This document shows positions 13,273-24,505 of a DNA stretch of 64,000 nucleotides, in pieces. The stretch is from Moniliella sp. 'wahieum'. Taxonomy: Eukaryota. Location: contig RSEE01000038.1 of assembly GCA_003971905.1 (NCBI GenBank), positions 62,001 through 126,000 on the forward strand. The letters are read 5' to 3'. Position numbers and translations under genes: made by a program. Positions within the stretch are counted from its first letter, which is position 1; each line of letters opens with the position of its first letter. The notes beneath the pieces are model-generated. The model was given only the letters and a program-made list of their open reading frames with translations, did no database searches and was not told the origin of the DNA.

Positions 13273-15989
13273 AGTGATATGGACGGCGGCTGTTGGCGGC
13301 GGAGGAGCGAAGCCGGGAAGGGAATGGTGGATGGGATCTGAGAGAAAAGTGGTTCGCAGGGTAACCAGGAAGAAAGCCTCCGGGCAGCACACTGCTCTGT
13401 GTTGTGTGGTTGCCGCTGGTACGCGGCAGACATTGGCTCAGCAGCGGTGCATGGCACCAGCGGGCATCGGCGTGCACATGCGCCCACCCCTTCCCGGCTG
13501 TGGGTACTGCATGGTGACCGGTGACCGGTGACTTGCGGCCCCGTGCCTGTGCCTAGTATTGCATTTGCAGCCTGTCCTAGGCCCCATGCCCAGATCGAGC
13601 CCGCCATGAGTGTGTCACACTGGGGTAGAGAAGGGTACGAGCCAGGTGTAGCACCAAGACATCGCCCATGTGGGGACGGAACAGGCGCGTCCGCCGTTCA
13701 CGCGCACTGCCCCCGCGCTCAACCCCTTGGAACTAGTGCCGGCGCCGCAGAGGCGGCTGTTTTTGGGCCAATACGCAGGCCGAATGCCCGGAGCGGCCGA
13801 AGTGAGCACACATCCTGCGGGGGGTGAGACATGTGGAGCTCCGCACCCGGATAAAGGGCACTGGCACAGTGGGGGCAGGCACTTTCAAATTTCAGTGGAG
13901 GGGCCGGTGCAATGGCAAGATTGTGATACATGTAATTGCAGGCGGGGTGGCCGGTCGGTGGAAGTCGAGTCTCACATTTGATCTCAGATCTCACCACTCC
14001 CTGGTAGCTTAGCAAGCGCTTAGGCCTTACCCGTTACCCGTTACGCGTTACTCAGAGCTCGGTATCCGTACTCAGTACCGGGCCACACCACCGCGCGAAG
14101 CATGATGGCCACGGTCACACATCGGGGATCACGCATCACTAGATCATCGAACACTCAAAGTGCATCACGCGCATCACTCCCTCCGCCCACACGGGCCAAT
14201 GCCTGGGCAGCACACGCCCTGATGCGCCGCTGCAATGATTAATGAGGGTACCCAACCGGAGGCAAAATGCAGCCCAATGATCACGCAGAGGGTGCATAGA
14301 AGACATAGGCTGGCATCAGACTGCCCGCTGCAGTGCAGCTCTTTTTTCCAGGCGCGGCGAACTGCAAAACTGTTTCTGATGCAATGCGGCGCGTTCATTT
14401 GCACCATTGCATGATTTGTACGATCTAAGAGTCGATGATTGATGATCGAGTGATCGAGTGACAAAACGATGAACATATGCGTTGAAAGTTGAACATTCCG
14501 TACGCCCAGTATTGTATACTCGCGTGCTATTACAGTCCGTGATGCTGTAGCGGAAATGCTGAGAGGAAGGAGCTAAGCGCTACAAGCGCCAATAAGAGAA
14601 AGACTATATAGAAATCAAGCTGGTGAGGCAATAATGGACGATGCGGCATCTGGCAATGCAAACTGGTATTAGGAAACTACCCACAAACAACTATATAAAA
14701 GCCAGCAGTATAATCTGCATGCTATATGGGAGGGCAGGAAGCAGGACCACACCTTTTGTTTTCTTTCCATATCCTCACACGCACGACACTACGTTGACCG
14801 AGAAGAACTTGAACGTATTACACCAGTTTACGCCTGTATGTCCTCGCCCCCGCCCCCCATTCTGTTGCTTATATTGCCCCCCCCCTCACCTATAAGCAAC
14901 AGCTGTACCTGTCATGGATGGGCCCCGCCTGGGGGTTAAAAAGGGTACAATCCCTTAGTGGTCCTAAGGTCGATTCGCGGTAGTTGCGTGCTTGAGCTGT
15001 GGTTGATGCGTCCGACGCGGAGCAAGGGACAATGAGCGGCCTCTCAGCGTATATATAGCAGAAGCGGCTGCAGAAGGTTGTGTGGCAAAAGACCTCGTGT
15101 GCATCGGCCTGGGCAGTAGTAACGTGTCTGAAGCCTTCGGGGCGCAGGGACGGAGGGGAGTGGCAGCGGTGGACAAACACCTCCCGCATTAGACTGGGAC
15201 TTGAGACGGCGTGGCTGGAAGAGGATCCACACCGCTGGACTGGGGCTTGCCTTCGACGTGGCTTCAGGAGGTTCACACATTTGATACTGCTATAGCGACA
15301 TGGGAGCGGAGAGACGGGAGCGGCAAGCCGAGGGGGGCCAGCGAGAGGAGGCGGCCAAGGGGGGACGATGTGGCTTGCATTAGTACCTGATCAATTGGCG
15401 AGGACGGGAGATGAAGACGCCAATAGACCATCATGGGGGGAAACCCACGAAGCATTACTTACAGACAGGGACTAAGAGGGCAATAATGAAACAGAGAAAT
15501 ACCGGGTAACAGAAGGGGAGAACAGGGGGGACTCTTGCCGCTTGGGCAACCTAGAAAGTAAGGTGCAACCTAGAAAGGTATGGTAAGCGTGCGTGGGAAG
15601 ACTACGGTCATAAAAGGTGCTGACAATTCGGTTGCACGATTATAATAGCCACCAACTTCTACTTGTTGGGCATGGGATGACGACTGTTGCCGCGCGGATA
15701 CACAGGACTGGTTGCCGTTTGGGCCTCCGCCTGGTAGAGGTTGATGGGAAAGGGTTCTGCTGGACTTGGGGCAGAGAGCAGGCGAGCCTCAGTTCGGGTC
15801 GGATCAGATCAGCTCCGATCCTCTCGCTTTATTGGGTAAGTTTTTCTCCTCTTCCACACTCCAATAAGGAAAAACAGGAGACTGACACGGCATGTCACTA
15901 AACTCTCTCATTGATGAGAAGCCATCGAGGCCGGTCAAATGAGACGAAGCCTGCTGAACCGGGCGGAAGTCCATCACAAAATCATATAG

Positions 15990-16099
15990 CATCACTCGGC
16001 CCCCACTTGCGCATGAACCGCCGGACAGGGAAGTGTCGCGGCTTCGCTCTCATTAAAAACTCTATCGCCGATTATATGAAAAAAGCTTCAATAATATGA
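15990..16099 (+). pseudogene. Possible degenerate RRM-domain gene fragment
   Basis: HLRMNRRTGKCRGFALIKNSIADYMKKA resembles the RRM beta2-RNP1-helix2 pattern (DxxTGKSRGFAFIEY..DMKKA). No upstream RNP2 or intact gene is visible. Confidence 0.3.
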
Positions 16100-17497
16100 T
16101 GGAGAGGCTGCCCCCACTTGCATTTCTCTCCATTTAATATTCATCTCCCTGTGCCTCTTCTCACCTCCACACAGCCTGTTGTGGGGACACTACTAGTAGT
16201 GCAGTGTGCCAAGAGCAAGCCAGACTCTCGCACTCCTACTAAGCCACTTTCACCCCACAGGCGCTATAGTACCTGATTCCGTCTGGACTGAAGCTGAGAC
16301 GCTCCTCTCCTTTTTATGCTAGTTACTTTATATTAAGTAGTATAGGCCACTCATAGCTTCGCCTTCCCTCTCTTCTCAGATCTCACTCCCGTCCACTCCC
16401 TCCTCCGAGTCCCACTCCGCTTGTCTCTACTTTCGCTCGCTCACCGGCCTCACCGGCCTCACCGGCATCAGCAAACAATATAGGGTTTGTTCTTGATTGC
16501 CGTTTCGCTTCGCATCGGCATCCGGCTACATATCAGGCGGGTTTAGGCGTCACGCAGCGCGCGTCACGCGCTCAAGCTCGCAACGTCCAGCGTACATTCA
16601 AATTCGGCAGCGCTCTGCACGCTCCGGTACGGACCGGAACCGATCGCTCTCCGAAGACTGAGAGACAAAAAGGATGATCTCCCTGGTGGTGGCGCGTCCA
16701 TGCAGTTGCACCCCATTCTCTAATCCCCCGTCGGGTAAAGTCTTCCCATGCAACTGCCCCAGGCTGCCATCCTCTCTCCTCTCCCCCTATTATACGCGAG
16801 ATTTGTAATGTAGACAAAAAGTTCACGCGCCTATACTACTCGCAACACGCAACCTGTAACCGTTGTAACCAATGTGTAACCCATATGACATCCTGACACT
16901 TTCGCATCCCATCTCGGTCCGACTTCAAATATACACTGTCGTCGGACAGCCGCGCGACTTCCTACCACACCCGCAGGAGTCTATATTAGGACGCCTGACC
17001 CACTCTTTTGGGTCGCCATGATCTCTACTGTGCTTTTTGCGTTACGGCTTGGAGGTCTTAATGCGAGTCGAACATTCCCCCATTCAAACTTCATCAGCAC
17101 CCTCACCCCCCCCAACACTCACTCTCTGCCCCCAAACTTGCTTAAGTCCGTGGACCAAAGGCTGAGCCGCGATGCAGTCTTGGCACACGTTGTTCTGTGG
17201 TCTACACGCGCCACTCGCATCACCATGTATAGACACATTGCGCCACCAGACAGACGAAAGGGCCTCCCCGGTGGCTCCGTTTGCCACAGTATGACGATGC
17301 TCTCATATCATACAGGTGTTCTCGCTCAGTGCTTCGCCCGGCCTCGCCGGCCACTGTGAGGCTAATATAGTAATGGCCGGGCCCTTTTTTCACACTAATG
17401 CAAAGACTGCGCCATTGCCTCTCCCACACGTCTTATAAAGCACCTTCGCGCTCGCCAACCCTTAGTTGCCCTACAACAAGTCTCCTCCCTTCATATT

Positions 17498-19531
17498 TTG
17501 CCACCACCCCTGCCGTCACTACCCCGCTGTGTCTTCGCATATGGATCGCCTTTGCTTTTCGACTTATGCCCTCCCCGGGCGCTACCGAATGTGAAGAACA
17601 CAGAGGATGTGGGAATCCGGGGCATGGTTGGTGCTTCGGGGGGCATCATCGATTTTGCGTCTCCCTACTATTCTCACAACAGCAGCGTGGCCGGCCTCAC
17701 GCTCGATTCCTTGCCCGCCCAGGCAACTCCAAACCCCATCCTGTCCACAGAACTGGGATATACTATATCGGTCGATTCCTTCTGGGACTCCCTTTCCAGT
17801 TTTCCCTCTTCGCCATTCCCGTCAAGCTTTCCTCTTGTCGTCCAGAGTCAACTGCAGGACAAACAGTTGGGCATTACGTGCCCCTCTTCCAATGTTGAGG
17901 AGGAGACTCTGCGTTCTTCTCCTCATCATTCCTTCAGATTAACCTCGCCAAACTCTCATCGTCCCGACTTATTCCACCCTCCGACTCAAACGTATTCGCT
18001 GGCGCCGGATGGTCTAATCCCTCACCGTTCCAGCAAATTAGAGACTTCTCCTGCATACCATCCTTCTCAGCAGAAGTTTGGGCGGCGCTGCCAGACTATT
18101 TCGCCTTGCCCTGGGGTGAATGAACCGTCGGAAACGGGATCTTTGCTATGCAACAATGGAACATCGCATGGCCAAGATGCCAGTTCAATCATAAGGCCTC
18201 CGCCTGTGCCTGCCATTGGGCTGGAACCCGCTGAGTTCTCATCTCTCGTGAACCAGATATCAGTTCCTTCGGCGACCAAACGGACAAAATTGGCCCCTCC
18301 GGTATCGGTGTCTGCTCATTCGTCTATTACATCCGAAGCAGCAACGCTCCCGCCCGCCCCTAGCCTTCCTTCCGTCCTCCTCACTGGCCAAATAAAATCA
18401 GCGCCAATAACAGAAACAAATACAGACCAGGCGCCAGCACTCAAAACAATGGTTCGGTGCGTTCTTTTCGAATGCGGGACAACCGTATAATGACGGCAGC
18501 GTACACTAACCCAGATGTACCCGGTCCAAAAGGCGCTCATCAGCAGCACTATTCCCCTTTTAAAGAACGGTATCCATTACGATCTCAGGATGACACAATC
18601 GTGCGATACACTTATCAAAGTTGTGTCACAGACAACGGGTTAACCTGCACGTTCAAGGACCAAGGATCGAGGATCAACCAGGTGGAAAGATATACCATGC
18701 GCCGGTGCCTTCGCGACGGACGAGAAATGGTCAACAGCTGCTCGACAGGATCATGAGGCTTTGCGCTCCTATGTCGGGGGAAAAGCGTCGGTTTGTTCTG
18801 GAAGATGTGTCGGATTGGGAGGCACTGAAAGAAGAGTTAACCGTCTCTGGCCCCTTCAAGACAGATCGGATCTGGGAAAAAGTGACGGTGGCGAAGAGAC
18901 GATGGGATGAGCACGCTGAGTACTCGTCGTGCCTGACCTGCTGCCGCTCGCGCGACTCAGCGCCATTGGTAGCGCAGTCTCTGTCTTACTGTCAACCCCC
19001 TCGGCCTTTCCTCAAGCGGTGGGCATCGAACATGCCCACTCCACCTTCACTTCCCTCTCGCCTGAAAACATGGCAATAAGCCCACCCATGTGCAGCCCAG
19101 CCCTGTCATGCTCATCTTACTCACTTAAGGGGGCAGGGGGCTATGGAGATGGCCTACAATCATCTCAATCTCCATCAGCCACACGGGAGGTTGCCAAGCG
19201 GTGTATTTGCCGTACCCGGATCACGGCGAAGGTTCGTACAGACCGTCGCGGGGTCTTGGTCACCGTCACAGATCGTCGTGCGATGTGCACCGCACCTACT
19301 GATCGCAAGCAACGGACGATGGTAAGCAAATTTGTGCATGAGTTGGCTGCGGATCAGCTAGGCCACTTTCAGGTTCAAACAATCATCAAAGTCATCCTCT
19401 CCTCCCCACTCCTAACCAGTACTGATCGCCATTACTATTCTGAGTGGCTTTCTTCCTCCCGCTACGCCCAAGTCCTACGTGCAGCTCAAGTACGCAACAA
19501 AGAGCGTATACCGACCAAGATTAGTCGGTGA
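17498..19531 (+). CDS. Hypothetical protein: Ser/Pro-rich N-terminus, possible WRKY/GCM1-like C-terminal region; likely intron ending at 18514
   Basis: Chain of long same-strand ORFs (17498-18490, 18621-19079, 18929-19531), branch point and acceptor ACTAACCCAG at 18505-18514, and motifs RRWDEHAEYSSC and KRCICRTRITAKV. Confidence 0.45.
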
Positions 19532-20717
19532 TATTCCTCTCTTATTGATTTGAGAAGCTTGACACATACCTCGCATTCTCCGTGAGGCCGTGAGGGCCTT
19601 CTCCACATTTTTGCTAATTGTGACGATATTTTCTGATGTGCCTCTTCTCATCTTTCTCTCTTCGTGGCATATGCTTCATTCTTTTTTGTTGTCAATGCGT
19701 CAACAGAGCTTGTCGGTTTTGCCCTTTGTTCTTGTTGCGCAGCCTTCTGTCTTGTCAACATGACTCTCGCACACACAAGACACTCTCTACTGGACCCTAG
19801 CATATGCGCACGTACAAAGACCCTACACTCTGTGGCTCTTCCTATACATAGCCCCTGCAGGAGGCTTTTTTTTGCAGTCTGCTATGCATGTTCTTATGCA
19901 TATATGCCGCGTTAATTAAAAGGCCCTGACGCCACGGAGGTTCCGGACCACCCCCACCCCCTCCAAAGTCTCCGCTTCGGCACCACCTGGCTCTCGCTCC
20001 CCACTCGCTCTCCCCCCCTGCCACCGAAGTGACTGCAAAGACCGACGGCCCTCCATCCCCCTCCCGTCAGCGTATGTCGGGTCTCTCGAATCTTGCGTTC
20101 TGGCGGCCCTTTACCTAATGTACAATCATATCGCCCCTGGAACATGTGGATTGTGGCAAAACAACTCCCGACTACAAGAGGCACGCCCAATCAATTAAGT
20201 CCGAACCTCACCCCGTTACGGACATAATATGGCTGCAAACGGGGATGTATTACGCCGCCACGGTCGCGAATAAACGATGCTGGAACATTTTGGAAGCTGT
20301 ACCGCTTGCCCAGCGTTTAGTACACAGAGGTACTGTTGCACTGTGACTCACAGCTGACCCCCCGTGGTGGGCACACTCGATGATCGATAATCGTAAAGTA
20401 CTCAGACTGAGTGCCAGTGTGCACCGAGTATACTCAAGTGCCGAGTGCGGGGTTGGTACATGAGCATGACTGCCTCTGTGCGCACCAGCGGGGTTAGCGG
20501 CCTCAGGGGCATGGCACTGCAGGGCACAGCGCGCAGTTTAGCGCCCCAGCCCCCCAAACAGGCACTGGCCCTGTGACTCCCTGCCGCAGCCAAGAAGGCG
20601 GGGGGGCAGTACATGGCCTATCTCCGCCGCCCACCCACAAACCGCATTCCTGCTCTCCGGAGGCCGGAGTGGCCATTTCTTGCCCGCCCTCGCCACCATC
20701 TCCTCCTCCCCTCCACC

Positions 20718-21514
20718 ATGTCCTCTCCGACCAACATTCCTGGCGCCCAACGCCACCACACCCACCGCCACAGCCTTGCTGTGCCCAGCTCCGCACTCAT
20801 TGACCCCCACACCCTTGCCAGCTCCACCGCCCCTTCATCGTCCGTTTCCCCCTTGCACCACTACCGCCGCGCCCAGTCCATCTCTCTCCTGACCACTGGC
20901 GCTTATGCTGCTGCGACTGGCACCTCTTTCTCACCCACGGACGCTAGTCCGCTGCAACGCGCCCCGTCCCTTTCCTCGGCCAAGTCCTCTAGCACGCTAC
21001 GTTCCACCTCTTCGGCCGTGACGGCAGCAGACGACCTCGACGCCTTCACGCCTCCTCCTTCATTGAGCCCGCGCCTATCTGCGCCCTGGATTTCCTCCTC
21101 CTTTACCCCAGCTCCGCTTGGACGGCGGGACTCACTCAACCTCGGTCGTCGATTCAGCGCGCCTCTTCTTGGCTTGGGCTTGGGGGTGGATACATGCCGC
21201 AGGAGAACAAGCTGGCTCCCGAGCCATCCAAATCCTTTGAGCCGCATTCTCTACCCAGCGCCAAGGACGAATACAATGGCCAATCGTTCTCCTTTTGGAA
21301 CCGGAACATCGACCCGTTTGCCCCGGTACCCGAGGTACCGGTGTCCCAAGTTACCCCCGATTCTTGCCCTGCTCCAACTGCCTTAGAAACGAAAGGCCCG
21401 TCGGGTTCCTCGGATTCACGTGGACGTGCACGTGCCCAGTCCAGTGGTCTTCGCATCCGTCGCCCCAGTCCACGGGGGGAACGCTTTCTGATGGGTCAGC
21501 TGGACATGCATTAG
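20718..21514 (+). CDS. Hypothetical Ser-rich fungal protein; one frameshift
   Basis: ATG in CCACCATG context. Long ORF 20613-21386 continues into 21194-21514 and ends RRPSPRGERFLMGQLDMH*, similar to a PSPxGERxLxG motif I recall from small fungal proteins (not verified). Confidence 0.55.
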
Positions 21515-23266
21515 TTAATCCCTGGCCCTCCTTTTTTCTCCATCCACGACTCTTTACTCCACGATCCAGCTTCCCAATCTCTGTGCCTTTTTCCAAGCTC
21601 GGTTTCTCTCTGTCTCATTTATAAGGCCGTATTGACCTTAACCATGTGCCCGCCCCCGACCCGCTGAACCCTGCTTATGCCACCAAAGGACTCGGCCTGT
21701 TGATGCCATTTATCCCCCCTACGCTGCTGGTGATCTACGCACCCACCCTTCGCCAACAAATACGGCTCTGTGCGCTCTCTTTCCATTAAAAAGATAGCTG
21801 TTGAAAAATGTTAGTATTGCATGTGGAATGTCAATGCACAGATATAGGACCAAAATAGGATTCTTGGACTTGTCCCCTTCCAAAGATCAGTGCCCGCTCA
21901 CTGCTGTGGGCTCATAGCGGCTATTATGCATGTTACCCTTCAACTGAGAGAGCTCTTCCCGGTTAACCCCACACCATCATAAGAAAAAGGAATAATACAA
22001 AAAACGAGGCGGAGAGGGTACGCACCACCTTGGTCATCTGCCCTCGATTCCAAGAGGTATATAGCAGCGGAAACACATTCGCATTCCCCGTACTTGTCGT
22101 CGACGGGCTCACGGTCCCGCGGCTGCCACAGCTTGCGTTTGTATGCAGGACCATAGTGTGTACCCGATAACTCTTCTACAGCAAATGTGGTACTATTACC
22201 GCTTTGCTCGTAATGTCATACGCCCACACAACACAGGCCCGTTAAGACGTGTGGTGCCCTCGTTGAGTGGAAGCTGAATCCGGGTATTCTGCAGCGCGGG
22301 AAAATCCAAGTTGGTAGCCACACACCAGGAGTGCCCCGGGTGCCAAAACACCGAGAAGGGTAGCTGCCGGTGGGACCATGGGGGCGGGAGGAAGGAGCTG
22401 GGGAGCGAACTGAAGAAAAAGGAGGCCGGTCGAACCGGTTGAGGAGGACGGTTGCATATGGAATGGTGCCTCATTCCAGAGGAAGAAGAAGCAAACACAC
22501 GGTAAACAATAACATGTATGGTGAGATACACACACAATAAAGGGGACAAGGAAGAGCTATAACAGGGTCATACCATCACAGCAGGTGGGTATATGTGTGT
22601 GGCCCGTCTCAGAAACACTGCTCAAATTCCAATACCACACATCCGCTCTATCTTTCCTGCATCCAACACCCCCCCCCTTCCCCATAATCCCCCTTTGTCC
22701 CTCGCCCCACGGCCTCAGACATCCGCGGATAATGACCATGTGCCCGACGCGGATTGGAACACTGTGCTCTTCTCGCCTGCCTTGGCATCGTTGACTCCAC
22801 CGCTAAGCTTGACTAATTGAGCCACGCTGAGCATTCTTCTTGGCACTCTACCCTCGTGGGTGTAATACCTATATACTATGATCTGAGCCTCTCTACGATA
22901 TACGGACGTGTGTGTGTTTTGCGACAACCGATACCAAGTGAGTAGGTATAGGAGAATGAAGAAGTTGGGGGTTGAGGCAGAGAGCAGCTCTAGGCCCGTT
23001 GGAGGATGAATGATCAATGATTAATGAGCAATGATCGACATGCCGTAGTGGTCATTAGTATTGTAACCCAAGCGATGCCCAACTACTTGATCGACGCAGC
23101 CGGAAATGAAAGCCAACCTGCAAGCCACATTGCGCTCGAAATACAAGCGCACGACATCACGTAAGCAGCCAGGCGACGTCTTTTTATCTCCTCGCTCGTC
23201 CGCCGGCCGTGGCCGCAGGCTGATCTCAATAAATCTGCTCATACTTCGTCACTTGGACCCATCACC

Positions 23267-23932
23267 ATGTCTTCTTTTGCCGCCCCCGAGACGAAGTTGC
23301 GGCGCAAGCTCGTCATTGTCGGCTCGCGTGGCGTCGGAAAGTCGTCGCTTCTCAAGCGCTACACCGAGGGTAAGTTTGACGACAAGTACTACCCCACCAT
23401 CGAGACTGTGCTGCAAAAGGACATCCAGTACCGCGGCCGCACGTTCCAGTGCGAAATTTACGACACGGCAGGGCAGGACGAGTTCAGCATCCTCAATACG
23501 CGTCACTCGCTTGGAATCCACGCCTATCTTCTCGTGTTTGCGCTGTCGAGCCGGGCGTCCTTTGACCTGATCACCACCATCCACGCTAAGATCACCGACT
23601 ACACTGGTACCGAGGCCATCCCCGCTGTCCTTATTGGTCAAAAGTCCGACCTGGACCAAATTCGTCAGGTGCCTGCGGAAGACGCCCAAGGATTGGCTAA
23701 GGACCTTGGCATTCCCTATGTTGAGGTATCGGCGTTGGACAATACCAACGTGGGTATGTAATACAGTGCTTTCTTGTACAAAGGTGTCCCGACCACTGAC
23801 TCTTGACTCCACGACGCGTGCGCAGATGAGGCATTCCAGCTGGCCCTCCAAGAAAGCGAAAAGGGAATGCAACCTGAGCCATCCAGGCCTGCATCCCCGC
23901 CACCCAAGCAGGAAGGGTGCCTGCTCATGTGA
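23267..23932 (+). CDS. RHB1: Rheb small GTPase; intron 23754-23825
   Basis: G1 IVGSRGVGKSS with the Rheb-typical Arg, effector YYPTIE, G3 DTAGQDEFS. The spliced C-terminus reads VDEAFQLALQESEKGMQPEPSRPASPPPKQEGCLLM* (CAAX). Confidence 0.95.
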
Positions 23933-24505
23933 TCTTAAGATCCCCAGATCGCTAAGCTCTCAGTGCTGGCCCCTATGCGCACCCTCATTCCCAGCGTATG
24001 CTCCTCTTGTCTCCCCTCTGCTCGTGCAGGCGCGGGGGGGGGGCACTCATCTTTGTAGCTGCTCCTAGCTTACCCCTCTGGCATTCCTGATTGAGCTCCC
24101 CTCCAATGTACATTTCTACTCGCTTCAGTAGCCTTGCATTGGTAGCCGGGTACTCGCTCAGCCAACGTCAATGCAGTTTTTTTTATGGCTGACCAAATGG
24201 GCTATTGCCATCGTTATGTGACCTATGCAATTGGCTAACAAGCTGCAGGGAAGCGGCTCTTGCGAGGAGGTGCAACCCTCTCCACAGAGAGGTAGGCAAG
24301 GATGGTGGTGGTGGTGAGATTTACCCGATGTGTCGGTGAACAGGGCTATGTGGGTCATTATACTACCGTCAGAGAGGGGTATCAAGTGGGAGTAGCGGGT
24401 GCATCAAAATTTACGAATCCATTTCTTACGAGATGGCATGAAGACCAAAGGAGGGGAGGTGGCGCACGTGTCGCATATGCGCTCAACGGTCTCACCTCAA
24501 GCACT

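Noticed and set aside
14890..15455. Minus-strand ORF fragments as a gene
   Set aside because: Multiple stops and no recognisable motif.
23249..23872. Long antisense ORFs over Rheb, the NAK kinase, SMI1, ADH and Trk
   Set aside because: Shadow ORFs expected from GC-rich codon usage, with no recognisable domains.
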